A stretch of DNA of 64,000 nt from the NCBI GenBank assembly GCA_044341875.1, contig JBIIQT010000008.1, forward strand, positions 3,393 through 67,392, written 5' to 3'. The DNA is from Chitinophagaceae bacterium (GTDB lineage Bacteria > Bacteroidota > Bacteroidia > Chitinophagales > Chitinophagaceae). The position numbers and the translations under genes were made by a program. Numbering within the stretch: position 1 is the stretch's first letter; every line of letters starts with the position of its first letter. This document shows positions 1 through 10,746 of this stretch, piece after piece. Below the pieces are notes generated by a model. That model worked only from the letters and a program-made list of their open reading frames with translations. It ran no database searches and was not told the origin of the DNA.

Positions 1-111
1 CCGATACCCCAACGCCCTAAATAACCCCAATAATATGGCAGGAGGGTTGATTCGCCGTAAAATATTATATTGCATTTTCAGGCAATCCTGCCTGGCTTTC
101 AAACGAATGAA

Positions 112-1239
112 ATGAAAAAACTGCTTGTCATTGCGCAAATGCTTCTTCTTGGCTTCTCCTCTTGTGTGATTGAGCCAGAAAAAAACAATAAAATCAATGC
201 TGATATGGAAAAGGCTTTTACTGATACTCTTGATGGCAAAAAAGTGCAAATGTTCAGGTTGTCGAATAAGGAAGGGATGTCGGTGGATTTTTCAAACTAC
301 GGAGCAGCCATTTTGGCCATCCAGGTTCCCAACAAGGAAGGAAAGATGGAAAATGTTTTATTGGGATACGATAACGCTAAGGACCTTTTTGCTGGTAAAT
401 CCTATTTTGGTTGTATCGTCGGTCGCTATGCCAACCGTATTGCCAATGGAAAATTCAGCATTGATGGCCAGTCATTTTCAGCACCTCAGAACAACGGTGT
501 AAACTCCCTCCATGGCGGTGTCAATAGTATTGACAAGCAGGTTTGGGACGTGAGGATAATGAACGACGCGATCAGTTTTTCGATCAAAATAAAGGATGGC
601 GAAAATGGGTATCCAGGCGAAATGAACCTCACCGTCATTTATTCTCTCCGGGACGACAACAGCCTTGTCATTGATTACACCGCTACAACCGATAAGCCCA
701 CTGTCATCAATGTAACCAACCATGCGTATTTCAACCTGACAGGCAATCCTTTAAATACCATTCTCGATCATGACATGATGATCAATGCATCCAGGTTTAC
801 GCCTGTAGACAGTACATTGATTCCCACAGGAGAATTGAAAGAAGTAGCAGGAACAGCCTTTGATTTTACTACAGCAAAGCCAATAGGGAAGGACATCGCA
901 GCCAATGAGCAGCAATTGATTTATGGCCTGGGGTATGACCATAATTTTGTGCTGAACACAAGTGATATCAAAACACCTGCTGTTGTTGTGACAGAGAAAA
1001 CATCTGGTAGAAAAATGGAAGTTTTTACCACAGAGCCTGGTGTTCAATTTTATACTGGTAATTTCCTGGATGGCAATGAAAAAGGCAGGGGAATGGCGTA
1101 TCAATACAGGACTGGATTTTGTTTGGAAACACAACATTTTCCGGATTCCCCCAACCAGCCTTCATTTCCAACAACTTTACTGAAACCGGGCGAAACCTGG
1201 AAAAGCCAGACCATTTATCGTTTTTCAACAACCAAATAA
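112..1239 (+). CDS. galM: Aldose 1-epimerase (mutarotase) with lipoprotein-type signal peptide
   Basis: GRYANRIA, NSLHGG, TNHAYFNL, GYDHNF and CLETQHFPDSPN motifs. ATG 112 (MKKLL...GFSSC) is preferred over the track start at 70. Confidence 0.93.
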   Translation: MKKLLVIAQMLLLGFSSCVIEPEKNNKINADMEKAFTDTLDGKKVQMFRLSNKEGMSVDFSNYGAAILAIQVPNKEGKMENVLLGYDNAKDLFAGKSYFGCIVGRYANRIANGKFSIDGQSFSAPQNNGVNSLHGGVNSIDKQVWDVRIMNDAISFSIKIKDGENGYPGEMNLTVIYSLRDDNSLVIDYTATTDKPTVINVTNHAYFNLTGNPLNTILDHDMMINASRFTPVDSTLIPTGELKEVAGTAFDFTTAKPIGKDIAANEQQLIYGLGYDHNFVLNTSDIKTPAVVVTEKTSGRKMEVFTTEPGVQFYTGNFLDGNEKGRGMAYQYRTGFCLETQHFPDSPNQPSFPTTLLKPGETWKSQTIYRFSTTK

Positions 1240-1294
1240 TTTCTTTTACCGTTTTGTTGTTTAATCAACCGGCGGCATGATAAAAAATAAAACA

Positions 1295-2773
1295 ATGAAG
1301 TATTTATTGGGCGTGGATATAGGTTCATCATCTGTGAAATGTGCCCTGGTGGCCATTGATAGCGGTGAATGCGTTGCATCAGCCTTCTCACCTTCGTCAG
1401 AGATGAAGATTGTCTCTCAGGAAAAAGGATTTGCAGAGCAAGATCCCAATCTTTGGTGGGATGAACTTTGCAATGCCATGAGCCTGTTGGCCAATGAATA
1501 TACCTTTGGCAAAGATGAAATTGCAGCCATTGGCATATCATACCAGATGCATGGTCTTGTGGCTGTGGATCGTGATGGAACACCAGTTATGCCTTCCATC
1601 ATCTGGTGCGATAGCCGCGCTGTTGAAACCGGTAACGCAGCATTTAAATCATTGGGTGAGGTATTCTGTCTTGAGCATTATTTGAATTCTCCGGGCAATC
1701 TTACTGCATCAAAATTGAAATGGGTAAAAGACAATAGGCCTGAAACCTATGCAAGGATTCACAAGATCATGTTGCCAGGAGATTATATTGCTTTTCGCAT
1801 GACGGGTGAAATGAAAACAACTGTTTCGGGTCTTTCAGAAGGCATCCTGTGGGATGCCAAAAACGAGACAATTTCACATGAATTGCTCAAACATTATGGC
1901 ATCAGTGAAAACCTGCTTTGTTCAACTGTTCCCCAGTTTGGCGAGCAGGGTTTTGTGACGCCGCAAGCAGCGGAATCATTGGGCCTTTCAGCCAATATTC
2001 CTGTGTCTTACAGGGCAGGAGATCAGCCCAACAATGCCCTTTCATTGAATGTTCTGCAGCCTGGAGAAATAGCTGCAACAGCTGGTACTTCAGGTGTTGT
2101 TTATGGGGTCATCGATCAACCATCCTATGATCCAAAATCAAGGGTCAATACTTTCGTCCATGTCAACCATACCGCAGCAGAAAAACGATATGGCGTATTG
2201 CTTTGTATCAACGGTACAGGCATCCTCAACAGCTGGTTGCAGAAAAATGTTTTCAATGGGTATTCTTATCCTGAAATGAACAGACTGGCTTCTTCTGTAC
2301 CAGTGGGTTCGGAGGGATTGCTTTGCTATCCTTTTGGCAATGGAGCAGAGCGGGTGCTGGAAAACAGGGATCCAGGCTCAATGATCAAGAACCTGCATTT
2401 CAACCGCCACAACAATGCCCACCTGGCAAGGGCTTCACAGGAAGGCATTGTTTTTTCCCTTTTTTATGGCATAGAAATCATGGTAAAAATGGGATTGAGC
2501 ATTAATACGGTCAGGGCAGGAAAGGCCAATATGTTCCAGAGCGATATTTTTACTCAAGCATTTGCCAATACAACTGGGGCTACTATTGAGCTTGTGAATA
2601 CGGATGGCGCCCAGGGTGCAGCAAGAGGAGCGGGAGTGGGAGCAGGCATCTACAAGAATACCAAGGAAGCATTCAGAGGGTTGAAGGTTTTGGAGAAGAT
2701 AGCGCCTCAATCTGACCTGGCCACACAATACAAAGACGCCTATGGCAATTGGTTGAATGGCCTTCAATTTTAA
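1295..2773 (+). CDS. xylB: Xylulokinase (FGGY family)
   Basis: LGVDIGSSSVK, ISYQMHGLV, IIWCDSRA and GTSGVVYG motifs; lies directly upstream of xylose isomerase. ATG 1295 preferred; 1277 also possible. Confidence 0.9.
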   Translation: MKYLLGVDIGSSSVKCALVAIDSGECVASAFSPSSEMKIVSQEKGFAEQDPNLWWDELCNAMSLLANEYTFGKDEIAAIGISYQMHGLVAVDRDGTPVMPSIIWCDSRAVETGNAAFKSLGEVFCLEHYLNSPGNLTASKLKWVKDNRPETYARIHKIMLPGDYIAFRMTGEMKTTVSGLSEGILWDAKNETISHELLKHYGISENLLCSTVPQFGEQGFVTPQAAESLGLSANIPVSYRAGDQPNNALSLNVLQPGEIAATAGTSGVVYGVIDQPSYDPKSRVNTFVHVNHTAAEKRYGVLLCINGTGILNSWLQKNVFNGYSYPEMNRLASSVPVGSEGLLCYPFGNGAERVLENRDPGSMIKNLHFNRHNNAHLARASQEGIVFSLFYGIEIMVKMGLSINTVRAGKANMFQSDIFTQAFANTTGATIELVNTDGAQGAARGAGVGAGIYKNTKEAFRGLKVLEKIAPQSDLATQYKDAYGNWLNGLQF

Positions 2774-2807
2774 TACTGCTTTCAATGTCAAATTGGAATA
2801 TCCCTTT

Positions 2808-2815
2808 TATCTTTG
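2808..2815 (+). promoter_or_regulatory. Bacteroidota -7 promoter element (TATCTTTG) upstream of xylA
   Basis: Exact TAnnTTTG match 42 nt before the xylA ATG. Confidence 0.6.
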
Positions 2816-2857
2816 ACGATATAAAATTATCATACTAAACATTAAAACATAGATCTT

Positions 2858-4186
2858 ATGTCTGTTACATTGGGCAACAAGGAATTTTTCCCCGGAATTG
2901 GTAAAATAAATTTTGAAGGAGTTGGATCAGACAATCCATTGGCCTACAAATGGTACAATGAAAACCAGGTCATCGCAGGAAAATCAATGAAAGAACATTT
3001 CCGTTTTGCTGTAGCATATTGGCATAGTTTCTGCAATACCGGTGCAGATCCATTCGGACCAGGCACCAAACAATTTGCTTGGGATAATGCATACAATGCA
3101 GTTGACAGAGCAAAAGAAAAAATGGATGCCGCCTTTGAGTTCATCACCAAGCTTGGGGTTCCTTATTATTGTTTTCATGATATTGATTTGGTTGATGAAG
3201 GCGCAAATCTTGCTGAATATGAAAGTAATCTCTCTGCCATTGTTGATTATGCTGACCTGAAACAAAAAGCAAGTGGCGTGAAGTTGCTTTGGGGCACGGC
3301 CAATGTATTTTCAAACCCACGCTACATGAACGGTGCCAGCACCAATCCTGATTTCAATGTATTGGCCCATGCAGCAACGCAGGTAAAGAATGCCTTGGAT
3401 GCTACGATCCGCTTGGGTGGAGAGAATTATGTATTCTGGGGTGGTAGAGAAGGGTACATGACCCTGCTTAACACGGACATGAAACGGGAGCAGGAACACC
3501 TTGCAAGGTTTCTTCACACGGCTAAAGATTATGCAAGAAAGAATGGTTTCAAGGGCACCTTCTTCATTGAACCCAAGCCCTGTGAGCCCACGAAGCACCA
3601 ATACGATTATGATTCGGCTACCGTTATTGGGTTCCTGAACAGGTATGGCTTGCAAGACGATTTCAAATTGAACATTGAAGTGAACCATGCTACCCTGGCC
3701 GGTCATACCTTCCAACATGAACTGCAGACTGCTGCAGACGCAGGCATGTTGGGCAGCATTGATGCCAACAGGGGCGATTCCCAGAACGGATGGGATACCG
3801 ACCAGTTTCCCATGAACCTGAATGAACTGGTGGAGTCAATGTTGATTATCCTCGAAGCAAAAGGATTTGCTGGAGGAGGTGTCAATTTTGACGCTAAAAC
3901 CAGGAGGAATTCTACCGACATGGAGGATATTTTCCATGCCCATATTGGCGGAATGGATGCTTTTGCAAGAGCCCTGGTAGTTGCTGACAACATCCTGCAA
4001 AAATCACCTTACAGCGAATTCCGCAAGAACCGCTATGCTTCTTTTGACTCAGGAGAAGGCAAAATGTTCGAGGAAGGTAAGCTCAGCCTATCAGACCTGA
4101 GGGATTATGCTTTCAAGGCTGGTGAGCCCAAATTAACTTCTGGCCGTCAGGAATGGTTGGAGAACATCATCAACCAATACATTTAG
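2858..4186 (+). CDS. xylA: Xylose isomerase (class II)
   Basis: [54 protein letters not shown] and GWDTDQF motifs. Confidence 0.97.
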   Translation: MSVTLGNKEFFPGIGKINFEGVGSDNPLAYKWYNENQVIAGKSMKEHFRFAVAYWHSFCNTGADPFGPGTKQFAWDNAYNAVDRAKEKMDAAFEFITKLGVPYYCFHDIDLVDEGANLAEYESNLSAIVDYADLKQKASGVKLLWGTANVFSNPRYMNGASTNPDFNVLAHAATQVKNALDATIRLGGENYVFWGGREGYMTLLNTDMKREQEHLARFLHTAKDYARKNGFKGTFFIEPKPCEPTKHQYDYDSATVIGFLNRYGLQDDFKLNIEVNHATLAGHTFQHELQTAADAGMLGSIDANRGDSQNGWDTDQFPMNLNELVESMLIILEAKGFAGGGVNFDAKTRRNSTDMEDIFHAHIGGMDAFARALVVADNILQKSPYSEFRKNRYASFDSGEGKMFEEGKLSLSDLRDYAFKAGEPKLTSGRQEWLENIINQYI

Positions 4187-4217
4187 GAGTACCAGTTTCG
4201 ATAGAATTTATCTTATT

Positions 4218-4260
4218 AAAGAGGGGAATTTGGAATAAAATCTAAATCCCCCTCTTTTTT
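4218..4260 (+). terminator. Intrinsic terminator after xylA
   Basis: aaagaggggaattt...aaatccccctc hairpin followed by a T-run. Confidence 0.75.
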
Positions 4261-4392
4261 TACTCAATTATTGAATGTTCTAAAACACGATAAGAAAACT
4301 TTAACAATTCGATAAAAAATAGTAATATTGGAGTTCATAAATATACCTATCGGTATGTTTAAACTTTTTTAATAACCATAAAACTCGTCTAC

Positions 4393-7300
4393 ATGAGAAA
4401 ATTGGCCTCTGTGCTGGTGATTTGTCTGCTTTTTGGCATGACAGTTTTCGCCCAGACAAGAACCGTTTCCGGCGTGATCAAGAATGACAAGGGTGAAGCA
4501 GTTCCCTTTGCAACGGTTACGGAAATGGGAACTCAAAATGCCGTGAAAGCTGACGCTAACGGAAATTTCAAAATTTCTATCAAAGACAAGGGGCAACTCA
4601 GTGTATCCGCCACAGGATTCACTGGTAAAGTTGTTACTGTTGCTGGAAACAGCACAACTGTGATCCTGGCCACAAGCGAAGGCCAGATGCAGGAAGTTGT
4701 GGTAACAGCCCTTGGTATCCAGAAGCAGCCTAGGCAGCTTGGTTACTCTACCGCAAAGGTTTCCGGCAAGGAAGTTACTGCAGCAAAAGCGGTGAACATC
4801 CAGAACGGTCTTACCGGTAAGGTTTCAGGTTTGAACATTGCCACTGTAAACAATGGTGTTTTTGCTGATACAAGGATCACCCTTCGTGGTATCCGTTCAT
4901 TGACGGGTAACAACCAGCCTTTGTTGGTTGTAGACGGAGTACCTGTTGCTCTTGGTTTTCTTAACCGAATCAATCCAAACGATGTTGATGATATCAACAT
5001 TCTGAAAGGTGCCTCTGCAGCTTCTTTGTATGGACCGGATGGTGTAAACGGTGTTATCATCGTGAAGACCAAACGTGGAACTAAAACAGGAACCCCAGTT
5101 GTAACAGTCAGCAACACTACCCAGTTCGAGAAAGTTCTGTTTCTTCCAAAGTTTCAAAAGCAATTCGGTCAGGGTTCCGGTGTTGATGTAAATGGTATAG
5201 GCGTTTACGATCCTGTTGAAAACCAGCAGTATGGTGCTGAATTTGACGGAACTGAAGTTGAGCTAGGACGTGCGAACGATAAAGGTGAAATTCAAAAGGT
5301 TCTTTATTCTCCATTGGATGGGGAAAAAGAAAAGTATTTTGCTACCGGCATAACTGTTCAAAATGACGTTTCAATTTCTGCAAAAGATTTTTATCTGTCT
5401 GCTCAGGATGTCAGAATCCAGGGTACATTGGAAGGTGATAAAAATAGAAGGACTTCATTGAGCTTTAAGGCAGCAAAGGATTATGGTAAATTCAATGCAG
5501 ACTTTACATTAACCTATACCAACCAGGATTATGATGTTGCTTCAAACGGAGCGTATTGGGAAGTGTTCAATACAGCACAAAACATCCCGTTGACCCGTTA
5601 CAAGGATTGGAGAAACAGCAGTTTCGCAAGTCCGAATCACTACTTCAATGATTATTACCAGAATCCTTATTTTATCAAGGACAATGCCCGTTCAACGGGT
5701 ACAAGCCATGATTTGATTGGATCCACTACGCTCAATTATAAGATTCTTTCCTGGTTGACTGCAACTTACAGAGTAGGTACAACAATCAACTCAAGTTTCT
5801 CAAGAGGCACAAGTGGTGCGTTCACCTATTCTCCATTTGCAAAAACATCTGGGAAATATAACTCGGTGAACGATATTTTTGCAAGTGTATCCGATGGCCA
5901 AGGAATTGGTACCCGCCTTACTTCTGAGGCATTCCTTTCCGGTCAGAAAGAGTTCGGAAAGTTTGAAATTGATGGTTTGTTGGGTCAATCTTACAGAGAA
6001 ACATATTCAAAATCAACTTCAGTTTCAGGAAGCAACCTTATCATCCCAACACTTTTCAACATCTCCAACAGAACGGGTGAGCCTGGTGCAGGATCAAGTT
6101 TTTCTGAAACAAAATTGATGGGTGCTTTTGGTAAGGTGTCTGTTGGCTATGACAACTGGGCCTTTGTTGAATTCACCGGTAGAAATGACTGGGATTCCCG
6201 TTTGCCCAAGAATGGCCGTTCATTCTTTTATCCAGGTGCCAGTGCATCTGTAGTGTTGAGTGATGCGATTGAGGCCATCAAGAAAAGTGATGTGATTTCA
6301 TATTTAAAGCTGAGGGGATCCGTATCTCAATCTGGAAACGTAAACCTTGGTGCTTACTCACTTGAACCCACTTACGGTGTTGCTGGTGGTTTCCCTTATG
6401 GAAGTCTTCCTGGTTTCACAGCGAGCTCAAGTGTAAACAATCCCGCCATTAAGCCTGAGTTTGTACTTTCCAAAGAAGTTGGTTTCGAACTTTCTCTCTT
6501 CCGCAACAGGTTGAGCATTGAGGCAACTGCCTATGTTCAAGACAATACAAACCAGATCCTTAGCATACAGTTGAGCCGTTCAACAGGTTATGCCTCATCT
6601 TTGGTTAACGCTGCGGACTTCACCAACAAAGGTCTTGAGTTTGATCTTCGTTTGACCCCTGTTGTTGATCTGGGTGAATTCAGGTTCAACTTCAAAGGAA
6701 ACTTTACCATTCAGGATAGCAAGGTCAATTCAGTATACGAAGGTTTGAACGAGGTAGGTATTGGAAATGGTAACTTCGCAATTGTTGGCTATCCTGCATT
6801 CATGTTTAAGCTTACCGACTACTTGCGTACGCCTGAAGGAAAAATCATTGTCAACAAAACCACTGGTTATCCATCTCAAGATCCTACTCCCCGCATGTTT
6901 GGTCGCACATTGCCAAAATATATTGTAGGTATCAATCCTTCTTTTGAATGGAGAGGTTTAAGTCTCACTGTGACTGCTGATTACAGGGCAGGACACCAAG
7001 TGTATCATGGTATCGGCCCTGATATGGACTTCACAGGAATTTCTGCTAGAAGTGCAACCAATGGACGTCAGCGATTTGTAGTTCCCAATTCTGTTTATGA
7101 TGATGGAACTGGCAAGTTTGTAGACAATACAAATGTATTGGTTCGTGCAGGCGGTTACGGATTTTTCGAAGCTACGGCTACCAACAGGGGGATTAATTCC
7201 AACTACATTACCAGTGCAGCAGCATGGAAAGTGAGGGAAGTTGCTTTGACCTACGATCTTCCATCAGCCTTGTTGAAAAAAACCAAGTCTATTAAGGGCG

Positions 7301-7467
7301 CCAACATTGGATTTGTAGCCAGGAATCTTTTCACATTCCTGCCTGTTTCCAACGAATGGACTGATCCTGAGTTTGCCAACACAACAGGTAATGCTGCTGG
7401 TGTGAACAACTCAAGCATCCTCCCTCCCAACAGGCTTTTTGGTTTTAACGTAACGCTACGCTTCTAA
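4393..7467 (+). CDS. susC: SusC/RagA TonB-dependent outer membrane transporter
   Basis: Signal peptide, N-terminal extension, EVVVTALGI, PLLVVDGVP, INPNDVDDINILKGASAASLYG...NGVIIVKTK plug, C-terminal Phe. Confidence 0.95.
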   Translation: MRKLASVLVICLLFGMTVFAQTRTVSGVIKNDKGEAVPFATVTEMGTQNAVKADANGNFKISIKDKGQLSVSATGFTGKVVTVAGNSTTVILATSEGQMQEVVVTALGIQKQPRQLGYSTAKVSGKEVTAAKAVNIQNGLTGKVSGLNIATVNNGVFADTRITLRGIRSLTGNNQPLLVVDGVPVALGFLNRINPNDVDDINILKGASAASLYGPDGVNGVIIVKTKRGTKTGTPVVTVSNTTQFEKVLFLPKFQKQFGQGSGVDVNGIGVYDPVENQQYGAEFDGTEVELGRANDKGEIQKVLYSPLDGEKEKYFATGITVQNDVSISAKDFYLSAQDVRIQGTLEGDKNRRTSLSFKAAKDYGKFNADFTLTYTNQDYDVASNGAYWEVFNTAQNIPLTRYKDWRNSSFASPNHYFNDYYQNPYFIKDNARSTGTSHDLIGSTTLNYKILSWLTATYRVGTTINSSFSRGTSGAFTYSPFAKTSGKYNSVNDIFASVSDGQGIGTRLTSEAFLSGQKEFGKFEIDGLLGQSYRETYSKSTSVSGSNLIIPTLFNISNRTGEPGAGSSFSETKLMGAFGKVSVGYDNWAFVEFTGRNDWDSRLPKNGRSFFYPGASASVVLSDAIEAIKKSDVISYLKLRGSVSQSGNVNLGAYSLEPTYGVAGGFPYGSLPGFTASSSVNNPAIKPEFVLSKEVGFELSLFRNRLSIEATAYVQDNTNQILSIQLSRSTGYASSLVNAADFTNKGLEFDLRLTPVVDLGEFRFNFKGNFTIQDSKVNSVYEGLNEVGIGNGNFAIVGYPAFMFKLTDYLRTPEGKIIVNKTTGYPSQDPTPRMFGRTLPKYIVGINPSFEWRGLSLTVTADYRAGHQVYHGIGPDMDFTGISARSATNGRQRFVVPNSVYDDGTGKFVDNTNVLVRAGGYGFFEATATNRGINSNYITSAAAWKVREVALTYDLPSALLKKTKSIKGANIGFVARNLFTFLPVSNEWTDPEFANTTGNAAGVNNSSILPPNRLFGFNVTLRF

Positions 7468-7502
7468 ATCATTAACACGTAAAAACCAAGATTATGTTTA
7501 AA

Positions 7503-8984
7503 ATGAAAAATATACTTACGCTAGCTTTTGTAGGAATCCTTTTGAGCGGATGCCAAAAAGATTACCTTGATATCAATACAAATCCTAACTCGGCTACGGA
7601 ATCAGTAGTGACGCCTGATTTGGCCCTGGCAGCTCAGTTGACAAGCAGTGCAGGCCGTAACGCCAGCAGCTATGATTTTCTTGCCCGCTGGTTAGGCTAT
7701 TGGAGTGCTTCTGGTGACTACTCACGTTCTACTGTTGAAATGAGTTACAACATCACTACAGATTTTGCAACCGGATTATGGGAAAGTGTTTATTACACTG
7801 CCGGGCAGTACAAAACAATCGAAAAGAAATCTAAAGAACTTGGATGGACATACTATGAAGGGATTTCCAAGATCATGGGTGCAATGGAGATGATGAACAT
7901 TGTTGATGTATACAACAATCTACCTTACACCACAGCATTTGATTTGGCTGGGAACATAAGGCCTACATACGACAAAGGTGAGGACGTATACAAGGCATTG
8001 TTTGCAAAAATCGATTCTGGTATTGCGCTTATCAAGGCAGCAGACCTCAATGTCAACAGAAACATTGCAAAGCAAGATATTATGTTTGGTGGAAACAAGA
8101 CCAACTGGTATAAGTTTGCCAATACGTTGAAGCTGAAAATGTTGCTGCATGCTGTCAATACTACTGTTTTCAATGTGAATTCAGAGATGGCTAAAATCAG
8201 TGCTGAAGGTTCTGGTTTTATCGGTGGCGGACTCAATGCACAGGTGCAACCTGGATACTCCTCAGACAGGCCCAATCCCTTCTATGCATCCAAAATGTTC
8301 AATGCCCAAAATGGTAATGAGGCAGACAACTATAACAGGGCCAATAATTTCTTCTTGAACTTGTTGTCTGGTTTGAACGATCCAAGGGCTAATTTTATCT
8401 ACCGTGCTCCCAAGAATGGTGGTGCATTAAAAGGAACAGATTATGGTTCAAATGCAAATGCTGCAAACTGTTCTAACTGTACTTCTGGTGTTGGTTATGG
8501 TATTGGAAAGTCATTTACCATGCCCATGTGGGTCATGACGTCGGTAGAAGCAGAATTCCTAGTTGCAGAAGCTACCATTCGTGGTTGGATTTCTGGCAAT
8601 GCACAGGCTGCCTACATCAAAGCAGTTACCGAATCATTTACTTGGTTGGGCGTTGCAAATCCTACGGCTGCTGCCAGTAGCTATCTTGCTTTTCCAAATC
8701 CAAGAATTACTTGGCCGGCAACAGGAACTCCTGCTGAGCGAATTGCAGTATTGGCATGGCAGAAGTACATTGCTTTGAACGGAATAGGAATTCTTGAATC
8801 ATGGAATGACTTCCGCCGTTTGAATGTAGTACAGCCACCACTTTCCATTGCACCAGAGCGTGGATCAAACCCAATTCCAATTCGTTTGCTTTATCCATCT
8901 TCTGAGTATAACTATAATACCGCGAACGTAAAGGCGCAGGGAACCATCAGCCAATTTACTTCTAAAGTTTTCTGGCACAAATAA
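7503..8984 (+). CDS. susD: SusD/RagB nutrient-binding lipoprotein
   Basis: Lipobox LLSGC followed by QKDYLDINTNPN; W.KFANTLKLKMLL, QKYIAL...ESWNDFRRL and IPIRLLYP motifs; directly downstream of susC. Confidence 0.92.
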   Translation: MKNILTLAFVGILLSGCQKDYLDINTNPNSATESVVTPDLALAAQLTSSAGRNASSYDFLARWLGYWSASGDYSRSTVEMSYNITTDFATGLWESVYYTAGQYKTIEKKSKELGWTYYEGISKIMGAMEMMNIVDVYNNLPYTTAFDLAGNIRPTYDKGEDVYKALFAKIDSGIALIKAADLNVNRNIAKQDIMFGGNKTNWYKFANTLKLKMLLHAVNTTVFNVNSEMAKISAEGSGFIGGGLNAQVQPGYSSDRPNPFYASKMFNAQNGNEADNYNRANNFFLNLLSGLNDPRANFIYRAPKNGGALKGTDYGSNANAANCSNCTSGVGYGIGKSFTMPMWVMTSVEAEFLVAEATIRGWISGNAQAAYIKAVTESFTWLGVANPTAAASSYLAFPNPRITWPATGTPAERIAVLAWQKYIALNGIGILESWNDFRRLNVVQPPLSIAPERGSNPIPIRLLYPSSEYNYNTANVKAQGTISQFTSKVFWHK

Positions 8985-8999
8985 TTCTAAAGCAACAAA

Positions 9000-9968
9000 A
9001 TGAAATTTATGAATAAGTATATCTTAAAATACAGGACAACCTCTTTAGCAGTGCTTGTGTTGCTTGGCCTTTCATCTTGTCTAAAGGACAAGGGATTTGA
9101 AGACGGAACCTATGGCCTTGCAGGTTTTGCAGGAGGTGAATTTGTTTCTATTGGTTATGCTGGTAGAAATCCCAACTCTCTATCATTAGAATCAAAATCA
9201 GGAGATCAAACAATTAATCTTTTTCAGGTAACATATGAATATGTTGACCCTGCGAAGGAAGACATCAAGGTTGCGTTTAAAAAAGATGATGCTGCAGTAA
9301 CTGCAGCAGACGCTACTTTGACTCTGCTTCCTGCTTCCGTCGTTAGTTTCCCGTCACCTGATGTGACAATTGCGAAGGGTAAAAGAGTATCCAACACTTT
9401 TGCTATAAAAATCAATACAAGTACGCTTGACCCCAAAAAAGCATACGGCCTTGCTTTCACAATTACCACAATCAGCAAAACTGGTGTTGCTACTTCATCG
9501 AATCTGAGTACTGTAGTGTACAAGATTGCTTTGAAGAATAAGTATGATGGATTCTATGAAGTAACGGGTAAAATGACTGATTATGTGGCACCTACTTTGA
9601 CTGGACTTTATCCACACACTGTAAACCTGTATACTGCAGGTCCAGACGCTGTTGATTATGGTCAAACCATGTACAATTTTGGGGCAAGTTATCCAAGGGG
9701 TGAGATTCATTTGATCTTGAATGGTGCTTCTGCATCGGGCTATGGTCTATTCGCACCTGTATTCAAATTTGATGCCTCTGATAAGGTGATCGCTGTTACA
9801 AACTTTTGGGGTCAACCCTCTGGGAACGGAAGGGCAGCACGCCTGGATGCAACTGGAATCAACAAGTATGATCCTGCAACCAAAACCATCAAAGTGAAAT
9901 ACTGGATGGTACAAGGTACTGACAGAACGCTTTTTGATGAAACATTTACGTGGAAGAAAGCACGATAA
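9000..9968 (+). CDS. DUF1735-type surface lipoprotein (SusE-position)
   Basis: Lipobox GLSSC-LKD; beta-sandwich segment ...KAYGLAFTIT...LKNKYDGFY; third gene of the susC/D operon. Confidence 0.7.
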   Translation: MKFMNKYILKYRTTSLAVLVLLGLSSCLKDKGFEDGTYGLAGFAGGEFVSIGYAGRNPNSLSLESKSGDQTINLFQVTYEYVDPAKEDIKVAFKKDDAAVTAADATLTLLPASVVSFPSPDVTIAKGKRVSNTFAIKINTSTLDPKKAYGLAFTITTISKTGVATSSNLSTVVYKIALKNKYDGFYEVTGKMTDYVAPTLTGLYPHTVNLYTAGPDAVDYGQTMYNFGASYPRGEIHLILNGASASGYGLFAPVFKFDASDKVIAVTNFWGQPSGNGRAARLDATGINKYDPATKTIKVKYWMVQGTDRTLFDETFTWKKAR

Positions 9969-9985
9969 GCTAACTTTAACATTTG

Positions 9986-10016
9986 AAGGGGACAATCACT
10001 GATTGTCCCCTTTTTT
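9986..10016 (+). terminator. Intrinsic terminator ending the susC/D/DUF1735 operon
   Basis: Perfect 12-bp stem aaggggacaatc-act-gattgtcccctt followed by Ts. Confidence 0.85.
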
Positions 10017-10080
10017 GTTTGCATTAGTTGTTCGTACCTTTCCTTTTTAAATTTTACATGTTCTTCATTCAATTGTTTCC

Positions 10081-10746
10081 ATGAAAAAATCATTTTTTAT
10101 TTTTTGCATGTTTGTTCTAGGAAAACTGTTTGCTCAGCCCGATCCCATTGGAAATTTCAATAAACATGTCATTGAAAAATGGACACACGATTATATCCGT
10201 GTGAGTCAATACCGCGTCAAGGGTAGCCCATATCTCTTAGGGGAATCATTCAATGGTGACATTACCATGAAGACGGGTGTTGTAACCGTAGACAAGAAAA
10301 TTCTTTACGATATCTACGACCAGAAAGTAGGGGTAGATCTTGACAAGAAATTTGTAGCCCCTGATGGAGAGGTTTCAGGTTTTTTTATCCAGCTCTCTGA
10401 AAATTTCGGGGGTGAAAAACTCAATTTTATCAATGCAGCCAACTTGCCCAAAGTCAATCTCAAAGGCTATTTGAATGTTATCGCCGACGGATCAAAGTTT
10501 GCTTTCCTGAGGCAGTACAGGATCAGGCTGGTAGCAGATCCTGCTGAAATGTATTCAAAGGACATCAAGTTGTTTGAACAGTATTATGACTACTATATTT
10601 ACAATCGGGCTAAGGCGGAATTGAACAAGATCAAACTAAAAGACAAGGATGTACTGGAAGCCCTTGGGAATCCAAGCTTACCGGAGAAATTTGACCTATA
10701 CACAGCTTTGGGTGTCAGGCAGGCAGTTGAGACCATGAACAAGTAA
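10081..10746 (+). CDS. Hypothetical secreted protein
   Basis: 221-aa ORF with Sec signal (MKKSFFIFCMFVLGKLFAQ) and a GSPYL.ESF.G motif; no function recognised. Confidence 0.75.
   Translation: MKKSFFIFCMFVLGKLFAQPDPIGNFNKHVIEKWTHDYIRVSQYRVKGSPYLLGESFNGDITMKTGVVTVDKKILYDIYDQKVGVDLDKKFVAPDGEVSGFFIQLSENFGGEKLNFINAANLPKVNLKGYLNVIADGSKFAFLRQYRIRLVADPAEMYSKDIKLFEQYYDYYIYNRAKAELNKIKLKDKDVLEALGNPSLPEKFDLYTALGVRQAVETMNK

Noticed and set aside
4343-4356. ATACC-N4-GGTAT palindrome upstream of the first susC
   Set aside because: Only 5-bp arms, a single copy, and no regulator nearby; cannot be distinguished from chance.
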